Part shown: in pieces, positions 63,315 through 64,000 of the stretch
Numbering within the stretch: position 1 is the stretch's first letter
How the letters are laid out: every line of letters begins with the position of its first letter
Assembly (NCBI GenBank): GCA_000388065.2
Contig: KB932205.1
Length of the DNA: 64,000 nt
Source of the DNA: Fonticula alba ATCC 38817
Taxonomy: Eukaryota > Protista > Nucleariida
Direction: 5' to 3' (one strand)
Program-made: the position numbers and the translations under genes
The notes under the pieces: model-generated
What the model was told of the DNA's origin: nothing
Seen by the model: the letters and a program-made list of their open reading frames with translations, nothing else
The model's database searches: none

Positions 63315-64000
63315 CCGGGGAGAGGGCGTGGGGAGTGGAGGCGACGGGGGGAGCCTCGGACGGGAAGGGAAAAAACGGGGAGTGGCACTGGCGCAGCGGG
63401 GGCGGGAGTGCACGAGGAGGGGGGAGCTGGTGGGGATACCGTTGGCTGGGGGAGGGCCGGGCGTCCACAGGGCTTGCCTTTTTGGCTGTGGCCCCTGGTC
63501 GGGCCGCTGGCCGCCCTCTACCGGGCGGCAGCGGGTGGCAGCGGGCGGCGCCCGGCCAGACAAGGAGTCTGGCTCCGGTTGGCGGAGGCTGAGACACACG
63601 CACACACACAGAGAACGGGCGGGCCCCCCCCCCCCCCCCCCCGCCGAAGGGGGTGTCGGGTGTGTTCCGGGTCTTGCTCCGCCGCGCCCTTGAACCTCAA
63701 CGGGCCGCCCTTACCCAACCGGGCGACGGGCCTCCCGCGCCCAGTGATCGGGGGCCACACACTGCGGCGAACGGGACCAGGGGGGGGGGGGGGGAAACGG
63801 ATCGGTTGGGCCTCCGGAAAAAGGCCTCGACCGCGCCGCTCCGTCAGGCCGGCGACTTTTTCCCGGGCCTGCTCCGCCGCCCCCCCCCCCACACGGGCAT
63901 CGCCGGCCTTTTACCGGCGGCGATGGACAAATGAGCCCTAACTGGGAGGAGGCATTGCCCCCAGCCCAGGGTCCGTTGGGGGGGGGGGGGGCCACCGCAA

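Noticed and set aside
63897-63926. Hairpin containing GCCTTTTAC, the U5 snRNA loop I sequence
   Set aside because: No Sm site or U5 internal-loop context within the window; it lies in the flotillin upstream region.

Overview
GC-rich, intron-rich eukaryotic DNA with many N gaps next to G/C homopolymers. Introns typically have GTRYGT donors and CT-rich tails ending in YAG. Composition and gene set (MGM101, p22phox-like, flotillin) suggest an early-branching opisthokont such as Fonticula (inference only). Most ORF-track entries are GC artefacts. Supported protein genes: ZIP transporter (partial), FPGS, a 36-aa-repeat protein, TRM44, an ~83-aa membrane protein, a ~2,200-aa Pro/RS/ankyrin/RRM-like protein, uS15m, CCT8, a p22phox/CYBA-like protein with an OCRE-like tail, a putative GPI-anchored Pro/Gln-rich protein, RPL9, MGM101, SAC1, mL40, NAA15, FIP1 and flotillin, plus tRNA-Ala(AGC). 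The main find is the apparently empty 37.0-39.9 kb region. On the minus strand it looks like a spliced non-coding snoRNA host gene with a TATA box, tiny exons and a poly(A) signal. It carries seven box C/D snoRNA candidates, apparently one per intron: snR190/SNORD12-like, snR67/U31-like, U14, snR64/SNORD53-like, an unassigned dual 18S guide, snR39/U51-like and snR53-like. Family and rRNA-target assignments come from recalled sequences, not from a search.
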